NCBI GenBank assembly: GCA_031262625.1
Contig: JAISHJ010000007.1
Location: 516 to 64,515 of the forward strand
Source of the DNA: Ruminococcus sp.
GTDB taxonomy: Bacteria > Bacillota > Clostridia > Oscillospirales > Ruminococcaceae
Direction of reading: 5' to 3'
Length of the DNA stretch: 64,000 nucleotides
This document shows, in pieces, positions 18,830 to 28,553 of the stretch. Every line of letters starts with the position of its first letter. The stretch's first letter is position 1. Made by a program: the position numbers and the translations under genes. Under the pieces are notes generated by a model. The model had not been told where the DNA came from, did no database searches, and was given only the letters and a program-made list of their open reading frames with translations.

Positions 18830-21157
18830 ATGAAAAAATTAAGATTTACGGCAATTTTAGCGGCAATAATGCTATCGGCAGGAGTTATCAGTGCTTCGGC
18901 GGACGAAGTTATCGCAGATGAGACGGATGCTTACAGCGGATATAGCGTTTATGTGCCCTCCTCTTACGGCGGCAGCGGCGGCTCATCTTCCGATGTTTCG
19001 GATGTTGACCTTCAAACAGCCCTAACGAAGGTTAAGCGGCGTGTTGACGTACCCGCAGTCCTTTCTGAATTCGAGTACAGAGTAAATACTTTAGGCGGCA
19101 TAACCACATTTAATTTTACTTGGACACCCAAAGACAGTACAGTTACCCCCGAACCGCTTAAAGTCGGCTCGACAGTACCTACCTACCTTAATGTTACAAT
19201 CGTGGGCGATACAATTACAGATATAAGATATAACGAAAATAAAGTCTACGGCGGAGACGGCTCAGAACCGAGACAGCTTGGCAAAATTAATCCCGAAGAT
19301 TACGAAACCTACGCAAAACGTGCGATAAAATTAGCTAATCCGGGTATGGAGGAAAAGGTTGAAGTTGGAGTTATGAACGCTTCGCTTTACGGCGAATCTG
19401 TAAACTGCTACTTTGTACGTGTCGAAAACGGCATAAGAGTTGCTTCAAACTCAGGCACTGTTTCCTTCGACAAAGATACAGGCAAGCTATATAGTTTTCA
19501 CGTAACTTGGTGGGATAACGCACAGTTTACCGCACCGTCGTCGCGGCTTAATACTTCAAATATCCAAAAGAAGTATGAGTCCGCGATAAAACTAAATCCC
19601 GCGTATATTATAAAGAAAGACTACCAAAAAAACACAATCACAGCAGAGATAGTTTACACGCCCTCTGACAATTACGAGTTTGACGCATTTACCGGCAAAA
19701 AAACTACTATGTATGACGATATTTCAAAATATAACGACAGCGTAAATATTGACATACCCTCTGCAAACTACGGTTTTGATGTAGCGGAGTCTGCCGCCGG
19801 GATGGCTTATGATGATGAAGTACTTAACGATGAAGCAGTTGCGTTTACCGCTGCAGAGCGAAGAGAAATTGAAGAGAGCAAGGTTCGCTATACTAAGGAA
19901 GATGCAGTAAAAATCGTAGCCGCCGACCCTTATATTACCTATAACGATAAATATAAGCTTACCTCCGCGAATCTTTACAGCAGCACAGACTTCGGCAAAG
20001 AAAAGAACACATGGAGATTGCAGTTTGTTTTAGATGACGACAAAAAAAGCGGTAATATATCCGTAACCCTTGATGCTGATACAGGGAAAATTGAGCAGTT
20101 TACGCAGTCCGGCGATAATGTAGGAGCAGTCGATTATCCTGTTTATGAATATGAAGATGTAATACTTGTTGAAGAAGGTACCGACAACGGTGATGCAAAA
20201 GAAAAAACGCCGATGTTTGATGTTGCAAAGTCGGTGAAGTTAGCAGAAGAAGCCGCGAAGTACTATTTCGGGAATTCATTCAATGAATACCGAGGTGTTT
20301 CTGCGAATACTAAGCCCCTTACAAAGGACACAAAAACAGGGAAGACAATAAATATCTACGCCAGAGAGTTTGTTTATAATCGTTACCACGAAAACATCCC
20401 CGTTAACGGCGAAAGCGTCCGGGTTACGGTTAACGCATACGGCGAGATTAGGAGCATTTCGCAAAACCATACAGAAGTAATCTTCCCGAAAGCGGATATA
20501 TTAACTTCCGCAGAAGCCTTTGAAGAACTTTGGAAGCAAACTAAATTCTCGCTTTATTATGCCGGATTTACTGCCGACGGAACTCCCCATACCTATTTGA
20601 TGTATAATCTTCCGAGTTATTATATGAATGCCCGTACAGGAAAGCTTTCCGATTATTACGGAAAAGCCATCCCGAAATCGGATACTGATGAAAGGTATGA
20701 GTACTCAGACCTTAAGACAGACGGATCAGGCTTTGCTGAAAGGATTGCGGAACTCGGGTACTATGGCATACAGCTTGAGCCGATTGACGGAAAATTCGCG
20801 CCGCAAACCGAGATTACCGGTAAGGAATTTTATAACCTTTTGAGGAACTACACCGGCGGATATTATAACAGCGATGCTATTTTCGGAATAGATAAATCGG
20901 AGAAGTCTGTAACCTACCGCGATGCAGCGAAACTCTTTACAACAATGTCAAACTTAGGAGCAGCGGCAAAGCTTGAAGGCATATATGCGCAAGTTTTCAC
21001 CGATATTCCCGTTTCCGACCCTGACATAGGCTATATCAATATTGCCGATGCACTCGGGCTTCGTTTCTTGGACGGTAACGCTTTTAAGCCCGACAATAAG
21101 GTAACGAGAGCCGAAGCGATTAATATGTTCTATAGATTTGTTGCTTACGGTGAATAA
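18830..21157 (+). CDS. Cell-surface protein with C-terminal S-layer-homology (SLH) repeats
   Basis: I chose the ATG at 18830 (MKKLRFTAILAAIMLSAGVISASA, a signal peptide). The C-terminus has SLH-like repeats (FAERIAELGYYGIQLEPIDGKFAPQTEITGKEF; FTDIPVSDPDIGYINIADALGLRFLDGNAFKPDNKVTRAEAINMFYRFV). Confidence 0.65.
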   Translation: MKKLRFTAILAAIMLSAGVISASADEVIADETDAYSGYSVYVPSSYGGSGGSSSDVSDVDLQTALTKVKRRVDVPAVLSEFEYRVNTLGGITTFNFTWTPKDSTVTPEPLKVGSTVPTYLNVTIVGDTITDIRYNENKVYGGDGSEPRQLGKINPEDYETYAKRAIKLANPGMEEKVEVGVMNASLYGESVNCYFVRVENGIRVASNSGTVSFDKDTGKLYSFHVTWWDNAQFTAPSSRLNTSNIQKKYESAIKLNPAYIIKKDYQKNTITAEIVYTPSDNYEFDAFTGKKTTMYDDISKYNDSVNIDIPSANYGFDVAESAAGMAYDDEVLNDEAVAFTAAERREIEESKVRYTKEDAVKIVAADPYITYNDKYKLTSANLYSSTDFGKEKNTWRLQFVLDDDKKSGNISVTLDADTGKIEQFTQSGDNVGAVDYPVYEYEDVILVEEGTDNGDAKEKTPMFDVAKSVKLAEEAAKYYFGNSFNEYRGVSANTKPLTKDTKTGKTINIYAREFVYNRYHENIPVNGESVRVTVNAYGEIRSISQNHTEVIFPKADILTSAEAFEELWKQTKFSLYYAGFTADGTPHTYLMYNLPSYYMNARTGKLSDYYGKAIPKSDTDERYEYSDLKTDGSGFAERIAELGYYGIQLEPIDGKFAPQTEITGKEFYNLLRNYTGGYYNSDAIFGIDKSEKSVTYRDAAKLFTTMSNLGAAAKLEGIYAQVFTDIPVSDPDIGYINIADALGLRFLDGNAFKPDNKVTRAEAINMFYRFVAYGE

Positions 21158-21180
21158 AACCCACTTCATAAAAACAAAAA

Positions 21181-21206
21181 CAGCGTACGAAATCGTACGC
21201 TGTTTT
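21181..21206 (+). terminator. Rho-independent terminator after the SLH gene
   Basis: The stem is CAGCGTACG-AAAT-CGTACGCTG, followed by TTTT and preceded by an A-run. Confidence 0.8.
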
Positions 21207-21257
21207 CTATACACGGTAACGGTGTAAAAATTGAATTTTTATAAACACGAAAACGGT

Positions 21258-21367
21258 GTATATAGGAGATTGATATATACGCGGAAACAGAATATTACTG
21301 TATACGCAGAAACGGAGTATACGCCATATTGTTGTATACGCGCATATGGCGTATATCGGAAATGCTT
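21258..21367. repeat. Phased array of GTATA(C/T)(G)C boxes, including four tandem 17-bp units
   Basis: GTATACGC or close variants occur at 21258, 21275, 21300, 21317, 21334 and 21351. The last four are spaced exactly 17 bp apart. An embedded 12-bp inverted repeat is TATACGCCATAT/ATATGGCGTATA (21318-21329 and 21344-21355). Confidence 0.75.
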
Positions 21368-21840
21368 CACACTTTTATCGTACGCGATTTACGTTTGCGA
21401 GGGATGAATTTATCGCGTGCTTCTGCTTTTGATTCGAGGTAGACTTCCATAAGGCTTTGGAAGAAGATATCTTTTGCTTCTTCTTCAATATCGGTAGCCG
21501 CAAAGAGTAAAGCGGTGCGGGAGAGGAGCTCTTTTGCTTCCGCAAGCCCGTTTTCGCCGAATTTGTCCTGTACGGCAAGGAGGTAAATCTCTGCGTTAAC
21601 GTCGTCGATAGACTCATCTTCAAAGGGTGTCGAGACCACGTTGCGGTCATCCTCAAGAAGGTAGCTTACCGAAACGCCGAGCGAGTCCGCAAGCTTTTTA
21701 ACGTTACCGCTTCTCGGCATAATTCCCATAGATTCATAGGTGTAAATAGTACGTTCGGTGATACCGGAACGCCTTGCGAGTTCCGTTTGGGAGAGGTTAA
21801 GTACTAACCGGCAGCGTCTTAATTTTTCGGCGAAAGTCAT
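21367..21840 (-). CDS. XRE-family helix-turn-helix transcriptional regulator
   Basis: The product starts MTFAEKLRRCRLVLNLSQTELARRSGITERTIYTYESMGIMPRSGNVKKLADSLGVSVSYLL, a Cro/C1-type HTH. I chose the internal ATG at 21840. The C-terminal ~90 aa are uncharacterised. Confidence 0.8.
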   Translation of the reverse strand: MTFAEKLRRCRLVLNLSQTELARRSGITERTIYTYESMGIMPRSGNVKKLADSLGVSVSYLLEDDRNVVSTPFEDESIDDVNAEIYLLAVQDKFGENGLAEAKELLSRTALLFAATDIEEEAKDIFFQSLMEVYLESKAEARDKFIPRKRKSRTIKV

Positions 21841-21866
21841 ATAAAAGTCCCTCTTTTTCAAAATAA

Positions 21867-21924
21867 AACTACGGGAAAATAATATTCCCGTAGTTATTTT
21901 AACATTTATATTCCGATTTGTCAA
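21867..21924 (-). promoter_or_regulatory. Promoter (TTGACA-N17-TAAAAT) of the XRE gene with an abutting 10-bp-arm palindrome (candidate operator)
   Basis: On the minus strand, TTGACA is at 21924-21919 and TAAAAT at 21901-21896. The palindrome AACTACGGGA-N9-TCCCGTAGTT (21867-21895) spans the expected transcription start. Confidence 0.5.
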
Positions 21925-22007
21925 ATGAATATGATGAATTAATAATAAGTTTACAATTGCTAATCTAAGACGCACACATTAACTTCGTGTGCGCACATCA
22001 TATTTAC

Positions 22008-22835
22008 TTAATCTAAGACGTACACATTAACCTGATGTGCTCCCCAATCATAACACTCGTCAATAGTATCCATGTAGAGATCGACAAGGCAGGTACCGTT
22101 TAGCAAACTTGTTCCTGTGTCGGCGGCTATCGCGTAACCGTAGATGCGTTTGTTGTCGGTTGAAGCTATGTATAGCTTTGTACCGTAGGGGATAACGGAG
22201 GGATCGACTGCAACCATACCCGGAGAAGCTGTTCTGCCGGAAGCGGTTTTCGCGCCGTCGTAAGCGGAGTATGCAACGCCTTTCCCGGTATATACGGCAG
22301 AATATTCGGTAGGAACACCGTTTTCATCAAGAGAGAACCATTCGGGGACTTCAAGCTCCGAAATCATATTGTCGGGAAGATACCGAACCTTCGAGCCGAC
22401 ATGGATAACTCTGTCCTGAGGAGGATTTTTGTGCTCCGAGAGGAGTTCAACCGCCTTAAGCCTACCGCTCACATATGTACGCTTGACATTGCTGATGCGC
22501 TGTCCGTGCATACCCTCTGTCATGACAATCTCTGTGCCTTTTGTGAGATTTGGATCATCTTTGTAGATTGTGGAAAATTCGATGACATCAACATCTGTAG
22601 TAATCTTCTCTGAAACGCGGTTTAAGAGGATCGCCGGAGCGGGATCTGAACTGACAGGAGCAGGAGTATTATTTATAAGTGCAGCGAACGCAATGGCGTT
22701 TTCTTCGGTTTCGGAAAGCGTTTCATCGGCTGCGTGTACATTTTTTCCGACTGTAAGAGTAATTAAGAAAATTGCCGCGACAACCATAAGCGGAATCATA
22801 AACAGCCGTCGTGCGGGCTTTTTGATAATAAGCAT
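22008..22835 (-). CDS. Secreted 3D-domain (MltA/YabE-like) cell-wall protein with G5-like middle region
   Basis: It has a signal/TM segment (MLIIKKPARRLFMIPLMVVAAIFLI). The G5-like segment is TEIVMTEGMHGQRISNVKRTYVSGRL...RVIHVGSK. The C-terminal 3D domain is ASGRTASPGMVAVDPSVIPYGTKLYI...ADTG...VDLYMDT. A TTGACA-N17-TATACT promoter lies just upstream at about 22862-22890. Confidence 0.75.
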   Translation of the reverse strand: MLIIKKPARRLFMIPLMVVAAIFLITLTVGKNVHAADETLSETEENAIAFAALINNTPAPVSSDPAPAILLNRVSEKITTDVDVIEFSTIYKDDPNLTKGTEIVMTEGMHGQRISNVKRTYVSGRLKAVELLSEHKNPPQDRVIHVGSKVRYLPDNMISELEVPEWFSLDENGVPTEYSAVYTGKGVAYSAYDGAKTASGRTASPGMVAVDPSVIPYGTKLYIASTDNKRIYGYAIAADTGTSLLNGTCLVDLYMDTIDECYDWGAHQVNVYVLD

Positions 22836-23086
22836 ATAACCACCTTTCATAAAGACAGTATACACTATATTTTTAGTAATGTCAAATCAAAAACAATACT
22901 TGATTTTGTGCACTTTGCACAAGTGCTGTAACCAATGTACTACTTTTGTCACCATTTTTTAACTTAATTTTACCTAAACACTGACATAAATTGAAGCTGT
23001 AAGGAGATTTTCTTGTGTAGTTGCACAAAAACATCAGCACTTCAAGAAAATACCGTAAAGTGCTAAATATGTTATAATATGATTTA

Positions 23087-24184
23087 TTAAAATGGATTAT
23101 TAATGTAAATGTCGGAAATAATATCCGCTGTTATCTTCATTTCATCGGCGGTTGTGTGAAGCCCCATGCTAATGCGTATTACTTCAAAAGCTTCATTTAC
23201 GTTCATTCCCATTGATATTAAGACATGGCTCGGTGAATGTGAGGAAGCGCTGCAAGCCGCACCGCCGGAAACGTAAATTCCGCGCATATCAAGAAGAGTA
23301 ATTGCTTTTTCAGAGGGCAATCCGGGCAGTCTCAGCGAAATTATTCCCGGATATACATTTTTTTCCGTAACGGTTTCCATTATTTTAGGACATTTAGAGC
23401 GTAAAATTCTCATGAAATCATCCCGAAGTCTCTGCAATCGCTCAAGTTCAGTACTGAAATCTTTCGGTAAAGCTTTAATCGCCGCGCCCATCCCGCATAT
23501 TCCGGGCAGATTTTCAGTACCGCCGCGCCTGTGATTTTCCTGCTCTCCGGCGATTAAAGGCTTTGCAGGAAAACCCTGCTTTATATATATAAAACCGATT
23601 CCGCGAGGTCCGTAAAATTTGTGTGCGGATACACTCGCCATGGTTATATTTGTCATATTTATAGGCATATGTCCGAACGCAGCAACTGCATCCGTGTGGA
23701 AAGGAATTTTACGGGACTTAAGAACTTCCGCTATTTCATTGATAGGACTAATGATACCGGTTTCGTTGTTAACGTATTGTATGCTCACGAGAGCGGTTTC
23801 GGGACGAATTGCCGCTATAACTGCTTCCGGCGTGATAATACCGTTACTGTCAGCGTGGGCAATGCTTATTTCACACTTAAAATTAGCCGCCGCCGCAAAG
23901 ATTGAACTATGCTCCGCCGCGCCGATTACTATGTGTTTTCCTGACGCACCAAAAATCGCCTGACTATTTGATTCAGTTCCTCCGGAAGTAAAAAAAATTT
24001 CCTGAGGTGCTGCCCCGATAAATTCCGCGATCTGTTTTTTCACTTCAATCATCTTCGCTCTGCAAGGAGCAGACGCTGAATACGCCGCCGACGGATTTGC
24101 TGTCAGCGTTTTCATACATTCGCTTACAGCTTCAATTACCTCATGTTCAGGTGCTGTTGTCGCGGCGTGGTCAAGATAAATCAT
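23087..24184 (-). CDS. Cysteine desulfurase (class V aminotransferase, NifS/IscS-like)
   Basis: The N-terminus is MIYLDHAATT. The PLP-lysine motif is SVSAHKFYGPRGIGFIY. The active-site loop is SGGAACSASSHSPSHVL. Confidence 0.85.
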   Translation of the reverse strand: MIYLDHAATTAPEHEVIEAVSECMKTLTANPSAAYSASAPCRAKMIEVKKQIAEFIGAAPQEIFFTSGGTESNSQAIFGASGKHIVIGAAEHSSIFAAAANFKCEISIAHADSNGIITPEAVIAAIRPETALVSIQYVNNETGIISPINEIAEVLKSRKIPFHTDAVAAFGHMPINMTNITMASVSAHKFYGPRGIGFIYIKQGFPAKPLIAGEQENHRRGGTENLPGICGMGAAIKALPKDFSTELERLQRLRDDFMRILRSKCPKIMETVTEKNVYPGIISLRLPGLPSEKAITLLDMRGIYVSGGAACSASSHSPSHVLISMGMNVNEAFEVIRISMGLHTTADEMKITADIISDIYINNPF

Positions 24185-24264
24185 AATTTCCCCTATTAGT
24201 AATTTTGCGGGGGAGATAAATTTCTCCCCCGCAAAACTATATTAAGATGAACTAAAGCTTATGA

Positions 24265-26364
24265 CTAAAGAGCAATTTTAACGGAATTTTTCCCGGTAAG
24301 TTCAGCCGTACGTTCGTCAGGCTGACCCATACCAACATAGAGTACAGGAGTACCTTCGTTTACATGGTTACCGGAATCGTCAACGACTGTGAACTGCTTA
24401 GCTTTTATGCTCATGTTTACGATAACCTGCTCTCCGGCGGGAACAGAAACACGCTTGAAAGCCGCAAGGCGCGGATTTTTCGGCGCATCTTTACTGCCTT
24501 CATTTTGCAGATAAACTTGTACAACATCTTCTGTGTCACATTTGCCGGTGTTCACTACAACCGCTTCTACCTTAGCATCTCCGTTGTCCTGTAAGCTTGC
24601 AGAAGCAGATTTTACCGAAACATCGCCGTATGTCAAGCCGTAACCGAACGGATAGAGCGGCTTAAAGTCGATGTAACGATAGGTTCTGCCCTTCATGTCA
24701 TAATCTGTAAATTCAGGCATCTTCGGAAGGTCGTCATTGTGATAGAAGGTAACCGAAAGCTTGCCGGAGGGGGAAACTTTGCCGAACAGAATGTCAGCAA
24801 CGGTTTCGCCGCCCTGTCCGCCGGGATACCAAGCGTGAAGAATAGCCTTTGCGGAATCGTTAACCTCTTCAAGGTCGATGGAACTGCCCGCCATAAGTAC
24901 TACAACAACAGGCTTGCCCTCTGCCATAACAGCTTTCATCATTCTGCGCTGACTCCCCGGGAGGAGGAGGTCGAGTTTGTCGCCTGAAGCCGCAGAGTTA
25001 CCGGTGTCGCCCTGTTCGCCCTCGAGGCTTTCATCCAAGCCTACGACCATGATAACGAGGTCAGAATGAGCCGCCACGGTGCGTGCTTCGGAGATACGGT
25101 CGTCGTTGTTTCCGAGACCTTCAACGCGATCACCGTTAAGTTTAGAACCTTCGGAATAGAGTACCTTAGCATCTTTGCCTACATAGTTTCTGATACCTTC
25201 AAGTACGCTGATATATTGTGATGAATAGCCGTGATAGTTACCGATGAGAGCCGCTCTGCTGTAAGCGTTAGGTCCGATTACGCCGATTGACTTGTATTTG
25301 TTAATGTCGAGAGGAAGAATCCCGTCATTTTTAAGGAGCACGCAAGACTTTTCAGCTGCTCTCTTAGCGAGTGCCAAGTGCTTGTCACACTCAACAACAC
25401 TGTAATCAATGCTGTCAAATTCGCTTCCGTCACCCATAATTCCGAGGAGATAGCGAGTGGTGAAAAGCCGCTCAGCGGCAGTACGAATCTGCTCTTCTGT
25501 AACGAGACCGTCGTTGTAAGCTTTGAAAATATGAACGTAAGTATTACCGCAGTTAAGGTCACAGCCGTTCTTGATAGCAAGAGCAGCAGACTCCTCAACA
25601 GAGTTTGTTACCATGTGGTTAGTATGGAAGTCTTGAATAGCCCAGCAGTCAGATACAAAATGTCCTTTAAATTTCCATTTTCCGCGAAGAATATCTACCA
25701 TAAGAACGGAATGTCCGCAGCACGGCTCGCCGTTTGTGCGGTTATAAGCGCCCATTACCGATTCAACATCTGCTTCGGTTACGAGTGCTTCAAATGCCGG
25801 AAGGTAAGTTTCTTCCATGTCCTTAATTGAAGCTTTCGCATCAAATTCATGACGAAGTGCTTCAGGACCTGAGTGTACAGCATAGTGTTTAGCACAAGCC
25901 GCCGCCTTCATTACAGGACCGTCGCCTTGAAGTCCGTGTACAAAAGCTTTTCCGAGTTCGGCGGTGAGGTAAGGGTCTTCACCGTATGTCTCGTGACCGC
26001 GCCCCCAGCGAGGGTCACGGAAGATGTTAATATTCGGTGTCCAGAAAGTTAAGCCTTTGTAAATGTCGCGATCGCCGCGTGCGGAGAATTCGTTGTACTT
26101 CGCCCTTCCTTCTGTAGCTACGATGTCGGCGATTTCGTCCATCATTTCAGGGTCGAAAGCAGCCGCCATGCCTACTGCCTGCGGGAAAACGGTAGCAATA
26201 CCGGCACGTGCAACACCGTGGAGGGCTTCCGACCACCAGTTGTAGGCGGGTACACCGAGACGTTCGATTTCCGGCGCGTCATAACGAAGCTGTGAACAAG
26301 CTTCTTCTGTAGTCATCTGTGCGACGAGGGCTTTTGCCTTTTCTATTGCTGTTTTACGTTCCAT
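24265..26364 (-). CDS. Glycoside hydrolase family 3 beta-glucosidase/beta-xylosidase-like enzyme
   Basis: The product contains WWSEALHGV, RDPRWGRGHETYGEDP, KHYAVHSG and the GHFVSDCWA nucleophile region. A GH3 C-terminal domain and an Fn3-like tail follow. A hairpin TTTGCGGGGGAGA...TCTCCCCCGCAAA lies downstream at about 24200-24236. Confidence 0.85.
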   Translation of the reverse strand: MERKTAIEKAKALVAQMTTEEACSQLRYDAPEIERLGVPAYNWWSEALHGVARAGIATVFPQAVGMAAAFDPEMMDEIADIVATEGRAKYNEFSARGDRDIYKGLTFWTPNINIFRDPRWGRGHETYGEDPYLTAELGKAFVHGLQGDGPVMKAAACAKHYAVHSGPEALRHEFDAKASIKDMEETYLPAFEALVTEADVESVMGAYNRTNGEPCCGHSVLMVDILRGKWKFKGHFVSDCWAIQDFHTNHMVTNSVEESAALAIKNGCDLNCGNTYVHIFKAYNDGLVTEEQIRTAAERLFTTRYLLGIMGDGSEFDSIDYSVVECDKHLALAKRAAEKSCVLLKNDGILPLDINKYKSIGVIGPNAYSRAALIGNYHGYSSQYISVLEGIRNYVGKDAKVLYSEGSKLNGDRVEGLGNNDDRISEARTVAAHSDLVIMVVGLDESLEGEQGDTGNSAASGDKLDLLLPGSQRRMMKAVMAEGKPVVVVLMAGSSIDLEEVNDSAKAILHAWYPGGQGGETVADILFGKVSPSGKLSVTFYHNDDLPKMPEFTDYDMKGRTYRYIDFKPLYPFGYGLTYGDVSVKSASASLQDNGDAKVEAVVVNTGKCDTEDVVQVYLQNEGSKDAPKNPRLAAFKRVSVPAGEQVIVNMSIKAKQFTVVDDSGNHVNEGTPVLYVGMGQPDERTAELTGKNSVKIAL

Positions 26365-26571
26365 TTAGATTACTCCTTGCAAAATGTGGAAAAAAAGATT
26401 TTTACTATTGCAGAAATGACGCGAAACCGCGCCATTTCATTTTGTATTAGATTTTCATAGGGTTTGGTCCGTAGCCGAAGGTTTTCACCAACAGTTGCGA
26501 CAACAAATTGTCTGCCGCCGCCGATTCGTACCACCGCCGCCGATTGCACACCCTTGTCGGATTCTGCCCAC

Positions 26572-27423
26572 TTATCCCTTTACGCCGCCGAGAGCAACGC
26601 CCGCGATGATGTATTTGGAGAGGAGGAAATATACCACAAAGAGGGGGAGAACGGTGAGTGAAAGACCAAGGTAAACTGCGCCGTACTCGGTTTTGTAGAT
26701 ATCGCCTTTAAGTAAGCTAACCATGATAGGCATGGTGTAGTTGCTGTTGTTGGTAAGAAGGATAAGAGGAAGGAAGAGGGCGTTCCAGTTACCTACAAAG
26801 GAGAAGATTGCCTGTGTCGCCATAGCCGGCTTCATTATAGGGAGTACTATACGGTTGAAGGTCGAGAACTCACGCGAACCGTCAATACGAGCGGCTTCGA
26901 GAAGGTCCATCGGAAGGTTTGCAACCATGTACTGCCGCATGAAGAAGACCGTTGCGGGGGCAGCCATTGCGGGGAGAATGAGCGCTAAGAAATTGTTTAC
27001 CATACCGATTTGATACATAAACTGATAAAAACCGATAGAAGTAACCTGTGCGGGGATCATCATTACGCCCATGATAATCGAGAAGAATGCACCTCTCGCT
27101 CTCCAGTTATACGCAACGAGCGCATACGCTGTGAGGGTTGAGAAGTAGATATTCAGAGCAGTTGCTCCGATTGAGATAATCATCGAGTTTACGAAACCTT
27201 GGAACGGATTAAACGTCTTGCCGGTATAAACATCAAAGTTATTTAATAAGTCAGTTCCGGGTATGAGTGTAACAGCACTCTGTTGAATTTCGTAAGTCGA
27301 ACGCGTTGCGTTTATAAACATTATGAGGAACGGGAAGATAGAGAGAATGGTAAGTAAGATACAAAGTGTATAAGCGAAGATTTTGAAAGCAATACTTCCG
27401 TTGCGCGAACTTACTTTAGTCAC
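26572..27423 (-). CDS. Carbohydrate ABC transporter permease (MalG-like)
   Basis: The EAA loop is LEAARIDGSREFSTFNRIVLPIMKPA, in a six-TM layout. It overlaps the upstream permease gene by 4 nt. Confidence 0.85.
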   Translation of the reverse strand: MTKVSSRNGSIAFKIFAYTLCILLTILSIFPFLIMFINATRSTYEIQQSAVTLIPGTDLLNNFDVYTGKTFNPFQGFVNSMIISIGATALNIYFSTLTAYALVAYNWRARGAFFSIIMGVMMIPAQVTSIGFYQFMYQIGMVNNFLALILPAMAAPATVFFMRQYMVANLPMDLLEAARIDGSREFSTFNRIVLPIMKPAMATQAIFSFVGNWNALFLPLILLTNNSNYTMPIMVSLLKGDIYKTEYGAVYLGLSLTVLPLFVVYFLLSKYIIAGVALGGVKG

Positions 27424-28406
27424 AGCAGACCCCTCCCCCCGGCAGTTTTATCGGCAAGCGCCTGTGCCTTGCGGTTTTGTTTCATCATCTTGTTTTGAGC
27501 GACTTCATCCTTATCGCGCATGAGCCAGAAGAGGAGCAGTGATGCTAAAACTATGATAACGAACATTATCATACTTGCAGCAGAAGCTCGTCCGTACATA
27601 TAGCTTCCGGCAAATGCTTGGTTATAGATGAACAGCGAAGCGGTAGTAGTTGAACCCGCAGGACCGCCGTTTAAGTACAGTCTCGGGATATCGAACATAT
27701 TAAGACCGCCGATGAGGCTTGTTACGAGAGTGTATATGAGGATTGTTCTGATGTTCGGGAGTGTTATACCGAAGAATTGCTGGAAGGTATTTGCACCATC
27801 AATATCGGCAGCTTCAAAAATATCGGGGGAGATACCCAAAACGCCGGAGATAAGGATTAGCATTGTATAGCCGTACCACATCCAGAATTGGATAAATGCA
27901 ACGATAACTTGTGAAACGGTTTTGTCAATGATAAAGTTAATCGGACTGTCAACAAAGCCGAATCTAACGATTAAATCGTTAACCGGTCCCATCGGATAAC
28001 CGAAGAAGGTGGAGAAGAGGATAGCGATGGTAGCAGCGGTTATGATGTTGGGCATATAGAAGATGACCTTGAAGAAACCTTGCCCTTTGAGTTTCGTACG
28101 TCTTGTAGTAAACCACGCGGTGAGTAAGAGTGCAAGTAATATCTGAGGGATGAAGTTCATCATCCATATCCAAAGGGTATTACCAATGGATTGTTGGAAA
28201 CTCTTGTTAGTTAGGATTGTTATGTAGTTCTGGAACGGGTTGTCCAGAGAAGTCCACATTGCGGTATCGAGACCCTTAGCGCCCATGAAACCGATTACCA
28301 TCGTGTAAAGGGTCGGGTACAGGGAAAACAGCAAGAAAGCTACAACAAACGGAATACTGAACATATAACCGTATTTGGCATAGCTTAAGCGTTTCCTGCG
28401 TTTCAT
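27420..28406 (-). CDS. Carbohydrate ABC transporter permease (MalF-like)
   Basis: The EAA loop is FEAADIDGANTFQQFFGITLPNIR, in a polytopic membrane protein. Confidence 0.85.
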   Translation of the reverse strand: MKRRKRLSYAKYGYMFSIPFVVAFLLFSLYPTLYTMVIGFMGAKGLDTAMWTSLDNPFQNYITILTNKSFQQSIGNTLWIWMMNFIPQILLALLLTAWFTTRRTKLKGQGFFKVIFYMPNIITAATIAILFSTFFGYPMGPVNDLIVRFGFVDSPINFIIDKTVSQVIVAFIQFWMWYGYTMLILISGVLGISPDIFEAADIDGANTFQQFFGITLPNIRTILIYTLVTSLIGGLNMFDIPRLYLNGGPAGSTTTASLFIYNQAFAGSYMYGRASAASMIMFVIIVLASLLLFWLMRDKDEVAQNKMMKQNRKAQALADKTAGGRGLL

Positions 28407-28553
28407 CTTATCGCTCCCTCCGAGTACGTAAACAGAATTTAACTGTGATTATAAACCTTTAAGTTATGATTGGCTGTTACGATTTTTTAAAGTAAGCGCG
28501 GGGATAGCATCACAGGTGCTGTGCCGCTATCCCCGCTGCTACACTTTGCGGTT

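Noticed and set aside
21205-21367. Possible CRISPR array
   Set aside because: The repeats are only about 8 nt conserved within 17-bp units. There are no spacers of 25-40 bp and no cas genes. It is not a CRISPR.
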